Assembly: GCA_030747775.1 (NCBI GenBank)
Contig: JASLKB010000001.1
Span: 1,803-65,802, forward strand
Source of the DNA: Acidimicrobiales bacterium
GTDB lineage: Bacteria; Actinomycetota; Acidimicrobiia; Acidimicrobiales; MedAcidi-G1
Length of the DNA stretch: 64,000 nt
Direction of reading: 5' to 3'
Part shown: in pieces, positions 17,695-26,971 of the stretch
Layout: each line of letters opens with the position of its first letter
How positions within the stretch are numbered: the stretch's first letter is position 1
The notes under the pieces: model-generated
What the model saw: the letters and a program-made list of their open reading frames with translations, nothing else
Told to the model about the DNA's origin: nothing
Databases searched by the model: none
Position numbers and translations under genes: made by a program

Positions 17695-19053
17695 TCAGCC
17701 CAGGGCACCCCGAACGGCGTCCCGCAGGCCGTCTCCAGCTACCTCCCCACCGAGGGCAGCCTCGGACTCGCGGGCCGCCGCCGCATAAACGCCCTTTGAC
17801 ATCAGGGACCGCTCGGCAGCCCGACGGTGCCAGTAGACGTCGGCCCGGGCCCGCTGGGCCCCCTCGTGGGTCGGCTCAGCGGCCACCGCCATCTCGGCCA
17901 GGTGGCAGGCAAGGCGCAGGTCCCCAGAGTCAACCAGCTCGAGCGCCCGGTCTACTACCGACTCGATCGACCCGGCCAGAGCCACCACCTCGGCGGCCAC
18001 CGCGGCTTCGGGGGCCGGCTTGAGATTGGCTGGATTACCGTCCCACCACCCGCCGAACTGGCGGTACACGTTGCGCACGACGAACTCCGGCTCGTCGTAC
18101 TGCGGAGCCAGCCAAGGCCGGTCGGCCAGGTGTTCAGGCACCCGAACGGCATGGATGATCTCGTCGATGGTGGCCCCCTCGTTCATCAAGTCGAGGGTGC
18201 TTCCCGCCAGGTGTTCAAGAGCCTCGGCGATATCGCCCAACACCGTCTCGACTCGCTGACGCCCCACAATGGGTAGCCCGTGGGCCGGGTACACCCGTTC
18301 CACGCCGATGGCCAGCATGTCACGCATGGCCGCCGCCCACTCAATGGGGTACCGCTGGACCTTCTGGGGGTTCCCGGCGTTCGGGAACACCCACGAGGTG
18401 AAATCGCCGGTGTAGGCCGTCCGGCGCTCAGCATCCCAGCCCCATGCGTGGTCGTCGGTCTCGCCCCGGGCATGCCGTAGCTCAAAGGTCCGGCCACCCA
18501 CCGAGAACGACATCCGGTCCCTAAAGGTCTGGTCAGGTTCAGCCACGTCCTCGACGAGAAAGCGGGGACCGTCGCCTCCGATGCCTAGGTTGGCCCGATT
18601 GCGGATCCCGCCGAACTGGCGACGATTGATGGCAAGGTTCCAACCGTTGGTCGTCCGGTACCGCTCAAAGCGGGCCGGCACGGCCTCGTGGGCCAAGAAG
18701 CGGGGTCGGATGTCCCCCCGAGCCTCGGCGTCGGCCACGAAGGCCCCGCTGCCACCGACGTGGTCGACATGGCCATGGGTGTAGACGAGGCTATGGACCG
18801 GCCGGTCTGTCCAGCCGCGGAGCGCAGCGACCACTACCGGCCCGGACTGAACGCCGCTGGCGTCCCAGCACACCAATCCCTCGTCGGTGTCGACAACCCA
18901 GCAGTGCGAGAACGATTCCACGACCGCTACGTCATCCTCGACGGCCGACAGCTGATGGGTCACCCGGTTGTGGGGTGGCTCGGCTTCACCGGAGTCGATG
19001 ACCCGGTCGGCAACGTCCACTGGATGCATACTCCTGCCATCGGTTCTGCTCAC
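17695..19053 (-). CDS. metallo-beta-lactamase-fold hydrolase, alkyl/aryl-sulfatase-like
   Basis: MBL motif YTHGHVDHVGG plus a long helical C-terminal region resembling the alkyl-sulfatase dimerisation domain. GTGA overlap with the upstream gene. Confidence 0.78.
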   Translation of the reverse strand: MSRTDGRSMHPVDVADRVIDSGEAEPPHNRVTHQLSAVEDDVAVVESFSHCWVVDTDEGLVCWDASGVQSGPVVVAALRGWTDRPVHSLVYTHGHVDHVGGSGAFVADAEARGDIRPRFLAHEAVPARFERYRTTNGWNLAINRRQFGGIRNRANLGIGGDGPRFLVEDVAEPDQTFRDRMSFSVGGRTFELRHARGETDDHAWGWDAERRTAYTGDFTSWVFPNAGNPQKVQRYPIEWAAAMRDMLAIGVERVYPAHGLPIVGRQRVETVLGDIAEALEHLAGSTLDLMNEGATIDEIIHAVRVPEHLADRPWLAPQYDEPEFVVRNVYRQFGGWWDGNPANLKPAPEAAVAAEVVALAGSIESVVDRALELVDSGDLRLACHLAEMAVAAEPTHEGAQRARADVYWHRRAAERSLMSKGVYAAAARESEAALGGEVAGDGLRDAVRGALG

Positions 19054-20012
19054 AGGCCCGTCTCCCCTTCCACCGAGGCATCTGACCCGCCGAGTCCATC
19101 CTTAGGCATGTCCCCCAGGGCCACCAGGTGTTCCTCGATCAGGCGGACACCCCGGTCGACGTCCTCGAACAGGAAGAAATGGCCTCCGTCAACTACCTCG
19201 AGGTCGACACCCAGTACCTCGGCCTGGCCGCGGAACCACTCCCGGTCCAGGTCGGTGGTGGACCCGACCAGCACTGCGGCCGGCACTCGACCGTTGGCCG
19301 CCACCCGACGCAGCGCCTCGAAGGATTCCGCTGGACCGTGCCGTTCGGTCGAACCAAAGATCTGGGCCTCGGTCTCCGGTCGGCACGACAGTTCGATCCG
19401 TCCGTCGGGTCGGTCGCGAAAGCCCCACCGGACGTAGCCAGCTAGGGCCTCGAGATGAAGTTCGTCCAGTGGCGATCTTGACCCGTAGGAGGCCAGTACA
19501 GCGTCACGGTCGTCCCACACGTCCCGCCGACGTCGGGCCCCAACCGCCAAAGGGTGGATCGGCCCGTCCGGACCGTCGACGAAGCCGAAGAGTTGGTCTT
19601 CGCGGACCCTGGCGTCGATGGCTACCGCCTCACAGAGCACCAGCGCCGTGACCCGGTCAGGCGCCACGGCGGCCATCTCGCCACCCACCGCCCCACCGGA
19701 CGACACCCCCACAACCGCGAACCGGTCGATGCCGAGGTGTTCCAGCACTGCTAGCGCGTCCGAGGCCATCATGTCGTTGCCCAACAGCATGGGGTCGACC
19801 ACGTCATCGCTTTCGCCATGGCCGCGGAGGTCAATCCCGACCACCCGGTGTCCGGCGGCCAGCCTCCGAGCCAATGGGTCATAGACCCCGGCGCAGAAGC
19901 CGTTGGGATGCAGTAGCACCAGGGCGTCGCCGGTGCCGCCCCAGTCCAACCATGCCGCTCCGACGCCGTTGGATTCGATCCTGCCAGCCACCGGTTCACC
20001 GGAGCCTCCCAT
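19050..20012 (-). CDS. alpha/beta hydrolase
   Basis: LVLLHPNGF and a GVSSGG nucleophile elbow. 320 aa. Confidence 0.8.
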   Translation of the reverse strand: MGGSGEPVAGRIESNGVGAAWLDWGGTGDALVLLHPNGFCAGVYDPLARRLAAGHRVVGIDLRGHGESDDVVDPMLLGNDMMASDALAVLEHLGIDRFAVVGVSSGGAVGGEMAAVAPDRVTALVLCEAVAIDARVREDQLFGFVDGPDGPIHPLAVGARRRRDVWDDRDAVLASYGSRSPLDELHLEALAGYVRWGFRDRPDGRIELSCRPETEAQIFGSTERHGPAESFEALRRVAANGRVPAAVLVGSTTDLDREWFRGQAEVLGVDLEVVDGGHFFLFEDVDRGVRLIEEHLVALGDMPKDGLGGSDASVEGETGL

Positions 20013-20099
20013 CAGGTCGTCCTACGATCACGCCATCCGGTCACGGGCGGCAGTCTGACCGTCCGGAGACGACCACGACGAGACGAGGAGGCTGGATCC

Positions 20100-20960
20100 G
20101 TGCGACGACGAGCGAACGGCGCTGCCTCCTTTCCACTCGCCGCAGCCATGGTCCTCCTGGCCACGGTGATTGCCTGCGGATCCTCCGACCCCTCCACGGG
20201 CCATGACATCGATCCCTCTTCCGAAGAAACCGCCGGCCCGGCCACCCGGCTCGTCCCGCGAGTCGTTGCTACCAGTCCCCACGACACAGAGGCCTTCACC
20301 CAGGGCCTCGAGTTGGTCGACGGTCGTCTACTGGAGACCACCGGCGGCTACGGGGAGTCCGACATCCGAGAGGTTGACCGTTCCACGGGCCGAGTCCTGC
20401 GATCGACCCCACTGGAGGCCACGTGGTTCGGCGAGGGACTGACGGCCATCGGAGGCGACCGGGCCGTTCAGCTCACCTGGAAGGCGGGGCGTGCCATGGT
20501 GTGGGATCTGGCCACCCTGACCACAGTTGACGTATGGACCTACGGTGGTCAGGGGTGGGGACTGTGCCTGCTGGAGCCTGGCACGTTGGCCATGTCCGAC
20601 GGCTCGTCGTTTCTTACCCTCCGTCGTTCCCAGGACCTGACTCGGATCGGTGAGGTCCAGGTGTTGCTCGACGGGATCCCGGTAGAGCGTCTCAACGAAC
20701 TGGAATGCGTCGACGGCACGGTCTGGGCCAACGTCTGGCTCACTGACACCATCGTGGCCATCGACCCATCGACGGGCCGGGTCGCCTCGGTGGTCGACGC
20801 CTCGGGACTGTTGGCCGACCGGTCCGACTTCGGCGCCGACGACGTCCTTAACGGCATCGCCCATGACCCGGCCAGTGGACACTTCCTCCTGACCGGCAAG
20901 AGGTGGCCGGTCCTGTTCGAGGTGGTCCTCGAATCGGCGTCTGACCAGCCCTCCGACTGA
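20100..20960 (+). CDS. glutaminyl-peptide cyclotransferase (beta-propeller type), lipoprotein
   Basis: SPHDTEAFTQGLELVDGRLLETTGGYGESDIREVD is typical of bacterial/plant glutamine cyclotransferase. Signal peptide with lipobox VIAC. Confidence 0.85.
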   Translation: MRRRANGAASFPLAAAMVLLATVIACGSSDPSTGHDIDPSSEETAGPATRLVPRVVATSPHDTEAFTQGLELVDGRLLETTGGYGESDIREVDRSTGRVLRSTPLEATWFGEGLTAIGGDRAVQLTWKAGRAMVWDLATLTTVDVWTYGGQGWGLCLLEPGTLAMSDGSSFLTLRRSQDLTRIGEVQVLLDGIPVERLNELECVDGTVWANVWLTDTIVAIDPSTGRVASVVDASGLLADRSDFGADDVLNGIAHDPASGHFLLTGKRWPVLFEVVLESASDQPSD

Positions 20961-20971
20961 TCAAGAACTAA

Positions 20972-22537
20972 TCAGGTAAACCGGGCCTCGATCTCTTCGA
21001 CACTCCAGAACCCGGGTAGCGGTCGGTCGGGGGAAGTCGTCGCATAGTGGCCCAGACGCTCGGTGGCCGCCCCGTCGAACAGTTCCAGGACGTCGAACAC
21101 CCCGTGGCCGCCAGCCGCACGCAGGGCCCGGTCACCCTCGGCGCCCGGCCGCGGCAGCCGTGGTGTGAGCACCAGCAGACGCGGTCGCCCATGGGGGCCA
21201 TCGTCGGCATGGCCGTTAGCCAGCACGTGAGCCCTGCCGAGGGTGCGCCACAAAACGTCGGCCCGACGCATCCCCGCCCGGGCATTGGTGAACGCCCCGG
21301 CTACGTCTACGTACCACTGGCGCCCCAGATACGCGTCGGTTACCAGAAACGGGAACTGCAACCCGAGGTCCCGCCGCGCTGCAGGTGCCTTCACCACCTC
21401 GAAACCGGCTTCGACGAGGGCCGCCTCAGCAATGTCGGCCACCTTCTTGCCGGACGCGGTAGCCCGGTCCAATGCCTGGTCGGAACCCAGCGAACCAGCG
21501 ATCCCATCACCGAACAGGCCCTCCTGGGACACGCTGGTGCCGGCAAGATCGCTACGACGCCACGCGGCGCCCGGCTGTTCGTCCAGCCGGCGACGCTCGT
21601 CGGCCAGCCTCTGCTTGGCCAGCGTCACGTACTCAGGATCCAAGTCGAAGCCCACCCCGCGCCGGCCCGCCCGGGCGGCAGCCACCAAGGTGCTACCCGA
21701 ACCCAGGAACGGATCCAAGACCAAGTCGTCGCGGTAGGTATACAAGTCGATGAGTCGGCGGGGCAGCTCCACCGGGAACGGCGCCGGATGCCCGACCCGG
21801 GTGGCCTGCTCCGCGTCAATGCGCCACACGTCGAGAGTGGCCTCCATGAACTCGTCTGTGGTGATCGTGCTCTCCGACGGTAGGCCGTCATGGGTGCGAC
21901 GGGCCACCGGAATGGCGCGGTCGAAGCGTCCCTTGCTGGCGATGACCACCCGTTCTGTCATGTCACGCAACACCGGGTTGGCAGCCCGACGGAAAGAACC
22001 CCAGGCCACCGAGCCGGTCGCCCCCTCGGCTTTCTGCCAAACCACCTCGCCCCGCAGGAGCAAGCCCAGTTCATCCTGAAGGATCCGGATCACATCGGAC
22101 GAAAGGCTCCGGTAAGGCTTACGGCCCAGATTGGCTACGTTGACGGCGATCCGCCCGCCCGGCTCGAGGACCCGCGTGCATTCCGCGAACACGTCGCGCA
22201 GCATCCCCAGGTACTCGAGGTACGAGGTGGGCACGCCATCGCGCTCCATCTCGACCTCGTAGTCCTTGCCCACGAAGTAGGGCGGCGAGGTCACCACGAG
22301 GGCCACCGACGAGTCAGGCAACTGGTGCATGTCTCGAGCGTCGCCGTTCAGGCAACCGTCGCCGAGGTCCGGTGCCCGGACCACCACATCGTCCTCGGAC
22401 AGGGTCGGAGCGGTGAACCGGTCGTAGAACGCCGAGGCATCGTGATTCTCACGGCGTCCTACACCGAAACTGGTCGTCGAGGTACCAAGGTTGGCCGTCG
22501 TACCTGGAGTCGGGGCCGCGCCGCGCCGCTCACTCAT
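20972..22537 (-). CDS. beta-class DNA methyltransferase (N4-cytosine/N6-adenine; SPPY motif) with extra ~175-aa C-terminal domain
   Basis: Motif IV LVVTSPPYF precedes HPAPFPVELPRRLI and motif I VLDPFLGSGSTLVAA, the beta-class order. ATG 22537 has a GGGAGGG RBS. Confidence 0.88.
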   Translation of the reverse strand: MSERRGAAPTPGTTANLGTSTTSFGVGRRENHDASAFYDRFTAPTLSEDDVVVRAPDLGDGCLNGDARDMHQLPDSSVALVVTSPPYFVGKDYEVEMERDGVPTSYLEYLGMLRDVFAECTRVLEPGGRIAVNVANLGRKPYRSLSSDVIRILQDELGLLLRGEVVWQKAEGATGSVAWGSFRRAANPVLRDMTERVVIASKGRFDRAIPVARRTHDGLPSESTITTDEFMEATLDVWRIDAEQATRVGHPAPFPVELPRRLIDLYTYRDDLVLDPFLGSGSTLVAAARAGRRGVGFDLDPEYVTLAKQRLADERRRLDEQPGAAWRRSDLAGTSVSQEGLFGDGIAGSLGSDQALDRATASGKKVADIAEAALVEAGFEVVKAPAARRDLGLQFPFLVTDAYLGRQWYVDVAGAFTNARAGMRRADVLWRTLGRAHVLANGHADDGPHGRPRLLVLTPRLPRPGAEGDRALRAAGGHGVFDVLELFDGAATERLGHYATTSPDRPLPGFWSVEEIEARFT

Positions 22538-22602
22538 CAGGTGTCCCTCCCCGTCTGTCGAACCCGTCACCCGCCGGGTCGATCGGACCACCCATGGTAC
22601 GC

Positions 22603-22620
22603 GGCCCGCGCGCGCGGGCC
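22603..22620. repeat. perfect 18-nt GC palindrome GGCCCGCGCGCGCGGGCC
   Basis: Read directly from the sequence. Lies in the 196-nt gap between the GH-like gene stop and the methyltransferase start. Confidence 0.9.
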
Positions 22621-22733
22621 AACGGGGCTGCCCACTGACCGTGGGTTACGGTCGAACCACCGGACGCCACCCTCCAGGGATACCCACCGCATGTCAAAAG
22701 CTCTGGGCAACCTGTACCGGCGCCTCCGCGGAA

Positions 22734-23795
22734 TCAGTCCACGACCGGAAACGGGCCAGCCATAAGTTCACCGAATCGCCGCCGAGCGTCCACGCCCATG
22801 GTGGCCCAGTCGTAGATCGAACCACCGATCGCCCTCTCAGCGACCAGCGCCCCCACGAACGGAGCTAGGTCATCCACGGAGGCCAGGGGCTCGCCAGGAT
22901 CGACCATCGCGGTGCCGTCGGCAGCACCGACTCCCCCGATGGCGTGGACGAGGGCTGCCGGGTCGGCGAGGTCGGCTCTGAGGCGCCGGACGTTGTCAAC
23001 CGTGTAGAACGCCGGATCGGCGTGCTCGGCTGTACGGAACGACCAGTAGCCCATAGGGAGCCAGACGTCGTACCGGTCGGCAAGTTCAGCCCAAGGGAAC
23101 CCGGGCCAAAACGCCGGGTTGATCTCGTCGGTGATCACAGGTGGCATCACGATCGCCCCCAGCGGATCGTCCCCCACGGTCCGTCGTAACCGGTCCGACA
23201 GGTTGACCAGTCGGTCGGAACGTTCGATCGCACCCAGGTCGTCCCGGTTCCACTCGATGTCTACGGCAAGGCCGGCGAACCGTCGCCCGATGACGGTGAA
23301 CCGGTCAATTGCCAGGAGTCGGTCGAGGTCCTCGTCGTCGGCCGTCCACTTCGGCAGGTACCAGCCCACCAAGTCGACGTCGACAGCGTCGGCGACCAAC
23401 AGGAAGCCAGCCAGGAGCCACGGGTCAGCCACCGGCCCCATGGCCCGCTGATCCGAGCGGGAAGCCTGGATGAAGAGGGTGCGAACACCGGTCTCAGCCA
23501 TTTCAGCCACGTCACCGGGCAGGACGGTCAGTTCGCCCGGCGCATACGCCGGATCGAAGTCGTAGGCGTCGACCCACGTCCCGTTCCCGCGGTACGGGCC
23601 GAGCGACCGTCCGGGAACCGGGTCCACGACCAACCGGGCCTCGACGACGGCCAACGAAGGGCCGGTCACCCATGGCTCAGCCCGACCCCCATCCCGGGAT
23701 GCCACCCAGGAAAGTAGGACCGCCACGGCGAGTAACCCGACCAGCAGGCCGGTTCCACGGGGAAACCCGGCGCGTCGGGGCGTCCCGTCGACCAC
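22734..23795 (-). CDS. membrane-anchored hypothetical protein, possibly glycoside-hydrolase-like TIM barrel
   Basis: N-terminal TM helix GLLVGLLAVAVLLSWVA. GTG 23795 was chosen so the gene does not overlap the divergent gene at 23857. The function call is only a weak resemblance. Confidence 0.5.
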   Translation of the reverse strand: MVDGTPRRAGFPRGTGLLVGLLAVAVLLSWVASRDGGRAEPWVTGPSLAVVEARLVVDPVPGRSLGPYRGNGTWVDAYDFDPAYAPGELTVLPGDVAEMAETGVRTLFIQASRSDQRAMGPVADPWLLAGFLLVADAVDVDLVGWYLPKWTADDEDLDRLLAIDRFTVIGRRFAGLAVDIEWNRDDLGAIERSDRLVNLSDRLRRTVGDDPLGAIVMPPVITDEINPAFWPGFPWAELADRYDVWLPMGYWSFRTAEHADPAFYTVDNVRRLRADLADPAALVHAIGGVGAADGTAMVDPGEPLASVDDLAPFVGALVAERAIGGSIYDWATMGVDARRRFGELMAGPFPVVD

Positions 23796-23856
23796 CCATC
23801 CACGGTAGCCATCGCCCGGCCACGGGAGCGGGCGCCCCACTACTAGCGTCCTCACC

Positions 23857-25545
23857 GTGGAAGAGGCACCGGACGACCCGAAGCCCGAAACTGAGCCAGG
23901 TCCACAGCCAGACACTCCCCACCCGGAAACGGGCACGGGGCCCCATCCGGACAGCGATCTCCGCCCCGACGCGGTGGGTCGACGGCGCATAGTGCTGGGC
24001 ATCGGGTTCGCTGCCGCCCTGGTCGCCCTCGGGCGGCGACTTCCCGGCCGGTCCCTCCCCGCCACCGACCCGTCGGGTCTCCCGCCGACCACCGTGCCGG
24101 CGGTTCCCCGCTCCACCAGTACCCGGCCACCGGAACCCACCGAGGAACCGACCAGCGGGATATCCGAGGAACCGACCACGACCGTGGACGGCCACCACTA
24201 CGACCTCGTGGTGGCCAACGGCCGGGTGATCGACCCCGAGACCGGATTCGACTCTGTGGCCCACGTGGGTATTGACCGGGACACGGTGATCACCGTTTCG
24301 ACCGGTCCGCTGAAGGGGCGGACCGTGCTGAACGCCGCTGGTCTGGTGGTCGCTCCCGGCTTCATCGACATCCTCTCCTACCCGGTCAACGGCTACGGCG
24401 AGTGGAACAAGATTGCCGATGGGGTTACCACCAACCTGTGTATGCACGGCATCGACCACCCGATGGATGAGTTCCTCGAGCGGTCCGCAATGCACCGCCC
24501 ACCGGTCAACTACGGCGGGGCGACTGACCAGTACAGCCACCGGGCCGACATCGGCGTCGGCATCGACTACGCCAGCGACCCCCAGATCGACGAGTTGGTC
24601 CGGCGGGCCGACGCCGACATCCGGGCTGGAGCACTCGGCATCCACGAACAGCCGGAGTACGTTCCCGGCGTCACCCTGGACGAGATGCTCCGCCACGGCG
24701 AGTTGGCTGCCTCCCACGACGTTCCGCTCTGCCTGCACCTTCGGTACTCGGAGAACCTCGAGCCAGGCACCCAGGAGCAGGCCGTCGCCGAGGCGGTGAC
24801 CGTGGCTCGACGAACCGGATGCGCCGTGCACGTCGAGCACCTCAACTCGACCGGTGGCACGGGGAGGATGGCTGAGGCAATCGCCCAGATGGAGGCGGCA
24901 CGGGCAGAGGGACTGGCCCTGACCGCCTGCACCTACCCGTACACCTTCTGGGCCACCTACGCGAAAAGCGCCCGGTTCAAGGACTTCCGGGAGAAGTACG
25001 GCATCACGGTGGCCGACCTCCAGATCGCAGGTACCACCGAACGCCTCGATGAGGCCGGCTGGCAGCGAGCCCGGGACGCCAACGCCCTCACCGCGGCGTT
25101 CGCCATGTCCGATGACGACATTGAACGACCGCTGGCCACCCCGTGGATCATGGTGGGTTCCGATGCCATCCTGGAGCGGCCCCACAACAACCACCCCCGG
25201 GCCTCAGGCTGCTTCAGTCGGGTGTTGGGCCACTACGCACGTGACCGGAACGTTCTTTCGCTTACCGAGGCGCTAGCCAAGATGACCATCCTTCCGGCCC
25301 GCCTTCTGGAGGGACGGAGTCCGGACTTGGCTCGTCGTGGGCGCCTGTCGGCCGGTGCGGTAGCCGACGTGACAGTGTTCGATCCGGTCACCATCGCCGA
25401 CCAGGCCAGCATCGAGAAAACATGGCTGCCTTCGGTCGGTGTGCACCACGTGGTGGTCGGTGGGCAGGTCGTCCGGCGGGAGGGCAGGACGGACCAGTCG
25501 GTGCGCCCAGGCGTTCCCATCCTCAGCCGAGTCGACGCCACGTGA
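23857..25545 (+). CDS. N-acyl-D-amino-acid deacylase (D-aminoacylase) family amidohydrolase, exported, divergent metal motif
   Basis: YDLVVANGRVIDPETG ... VVAPGFID is typical of the family. Twin-Arg-like signal GRRRIVLGIGFAAALVALG. Start uncertain. Confidence 0.82.
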   Translation: MEEAPDDPKPETEPGPQPDTPHPETGTGPHPDSDLRPDAVGRRRIVLGIGFAAALVALGRRLPGRSLPATDPSGLPPTTVPAVPRSTSTRPPEPTEEPTSGISEEPTTTVDGHHYDLVVANGRVIDPETGFDSVAHVGIDRDTVITVSTGPLKGRTVLNAAGLVVAPGFIDILSYPVNGYGEWNKIADGVTTNLCMHGIDHPMDEFLERSAMHRPPVNYGGATDQYSHRADIGVGIDYASDPQIDELVRRADADIRAGALGIHEQPEYVPGVTLDEMLRHGELAASHDVPLCLHLRYSENLEPGTQEQAVAEAVTVARRTGCAVHVEHLNSTGGTGRMAEAIAQMEAARAEGLALTACTYPYTFWATYAKSARFKDFREKYGITVADLQIAGTTERLDEAGWQRARDANALTAAFAMSDDDIERPLATPWIMVGSDAILERPHNNHPRASGCFSRVLGHYARDRNVLSLTEALAKMTILPARLLEGRSPDLARRGRLSAGAVADVTVFDPVTIADQASIEKTWLPSVGVHHVVVGGQVVRREGRTDQSVRPGVPILSRVDAT

Positions 25546-26828
25546 CCGACCCCGTCCATCCCCTGTTTCGATCCGAGCGGCGGTTCGCGTGGGTGCTGCA
25601 GGTGGTCATCGTGGCAGTCATGGTCGGCCTACTGATCGCTGACCTGACCGGCGACGACGAACCTGTGGGCGGACCAGAAACGGCATCCTCAGTCGCCCCG
25701 GCCACCAGTGCACCCGACGTGACGGCTCCCTCGACAGCCGGTTCCTCGGAAAGCGCCTCCACTCCCAGCACCGCCCCGACCACTGCTGGGGGGCCGAGCC
25801 GGACGTTCACGCTGGTGGCCACAGGGGACATCATCAGCCACGGAGCGGTGGCCGAACGAGCAGCTACCTCTGCCCGACAAAACGGTGACGACGGGTGGAA
25901 CTTCACCCCACTGTTTGCCCGAATCCGACCGATCATCGCCGGCGCCGACCTGGCCCTCTGTCACCTCGAGAGCCCACTGTCAATGGATGACGATGATCTG
26001 AGCTTCCGGGGGACCTTCAGAGTCCCGTCCTCACTGGCCGATGCCATCGCCGAGGCCGGCTACGACGGCTGCTCGTTGGCCTCCAACCACGCTCTGGACT
26101 CTGGTCCATCTAGCGTTACAGCCACCCTTCACCACATGCGGCGCGTCGGACTGGCCACGGCAGGAATGGCCGAGACCTCCGAAACCGCCGGACCAGCGTG
26201 GTTCACCCCCGGGGGTATCCGGCTAGCCCATCTCTCGGTTACCGACCTGATCAACGGCCGTGACCTTCCCGTCGACCCACCATGGATGGTCCCCCACCTC
26301 GACGTGGACCGGGTGATCGCAGAAGCCGCGATGGCTCGGTCCGAGGGCGCCAAGTTCGTGGTGGTGAGCGTTCACTGGGGGGAGGAGTACCGGTCCGATC
26401 CCACCGATCGCCAACAGGCGGCAGCCGAGCGCCTGCTGGACTCCCCCGAGGTGGACCTGGTGCTCGGCCACCACGCTCACGTGGTCCAACCCGTGATCCG
26501 CAGTGATGGCGACGCCGTGGTGTACGGACTGGGCAATTTCCTCACCAACCAGCCCGGCGACGAGGCAAATCCGTGTGGCTCATGCCCTCCGGAGACCCAG
26601 GACGGCCTGATCGCCTGGTTCCAGGTCACCGAAACGCACCACGGCGCTCAGATCACCGACGCGGGCTACGTCCCAACCTGGGTCGACCGGACTGCCACCC
26701 ACGAGATCGTGCCCATCGGCATCGACGACCCCGATCTGGTCGACCCTGGTGTGCTGGTCCAATCAGCCACCCGGACCGCGACGAGGGTCGAACCGGTGCT
26801 TCGACGCCTGACGTTCACCGCGGGCTGA
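25542..26828 (+). CDS. CapA family (poly-gamma-glutamate capsule synthesis-like) metallophosphatase, membrane-anchored
   Basis: TLVATGDIISHG, SNHALDSG and VSVHWGEEY ... LVLGHHAHVVQP. GTG 25542 overlaps the upstream stop (GTGA). Confidence 0.8.
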   Translation: MTDPVHPLFRSERRFAWVLQVVIVAVMVGLLIADLTGDDEPVGGPETASSVAPATSAPDVTAPSTAGSSESASTPSTAPTTAGGPSRTFTLVATGDIISHGAVAERAATSARQNGDDGWNFTPLFARIRPIIAGADLALCHLESPLSMDDDDLSFRGTFRVPSSLADAIAEAGYDGCSLASNHALDSGPSSVTATLHHMRRVGLATAGMAETSETAGPAWFTPGGIRLAHLSVTDLINGRDLPVDPPWMVPHLDVDRVIAEAAMARSEGAKFVVVSVHWGEEYRSDPTDRQQAAAERLLDSPEVDLVLGHHAHVVQPVIRSDGDAVVYGLGNFLTNQPGDEANPCGSCPPETQDGLIAWFQVTETHHGAQITDAGYVPTWVDRTATHEIVPIGIDDPDLVDPGVLVQSATRTATRVEPVLRRLTFTAG

Positions 26829-26878
26829 CCACCAGAGTTGAACCCGCCCCCCCGTCGAAAGCGCTCCAGTAGGATTAG

Positions 26879-26897
26879 CGAGTCCGTAAAGGACTCG
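26879..26897 (+). terminator. weak hairpin after the CapA gene
   Basis: CGAGTCC-GTAAA-GGACTCG followed by TTCCCTCC. There is no real T-run. Confidence 0.3.
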
Positions 26898-26971
26898 TTC
26901 CCTCCAAGAACGCCTACCGACGACCCCGTGTCCGCCTCGGCCGGCCCGGGCTCGACCAAGGGAGAACCCCG

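Noticed and set aside
23677-25194. 505-aa minus-strand ORF antisense to the D-aminoacylase-like gene
   Set aside because: Typical high-GC shadow ORF. It is Arg/Gly/Pro/Val-rich with no recognisable motif, whereas the plus-strand frame has clear amidohydrolase signatures.
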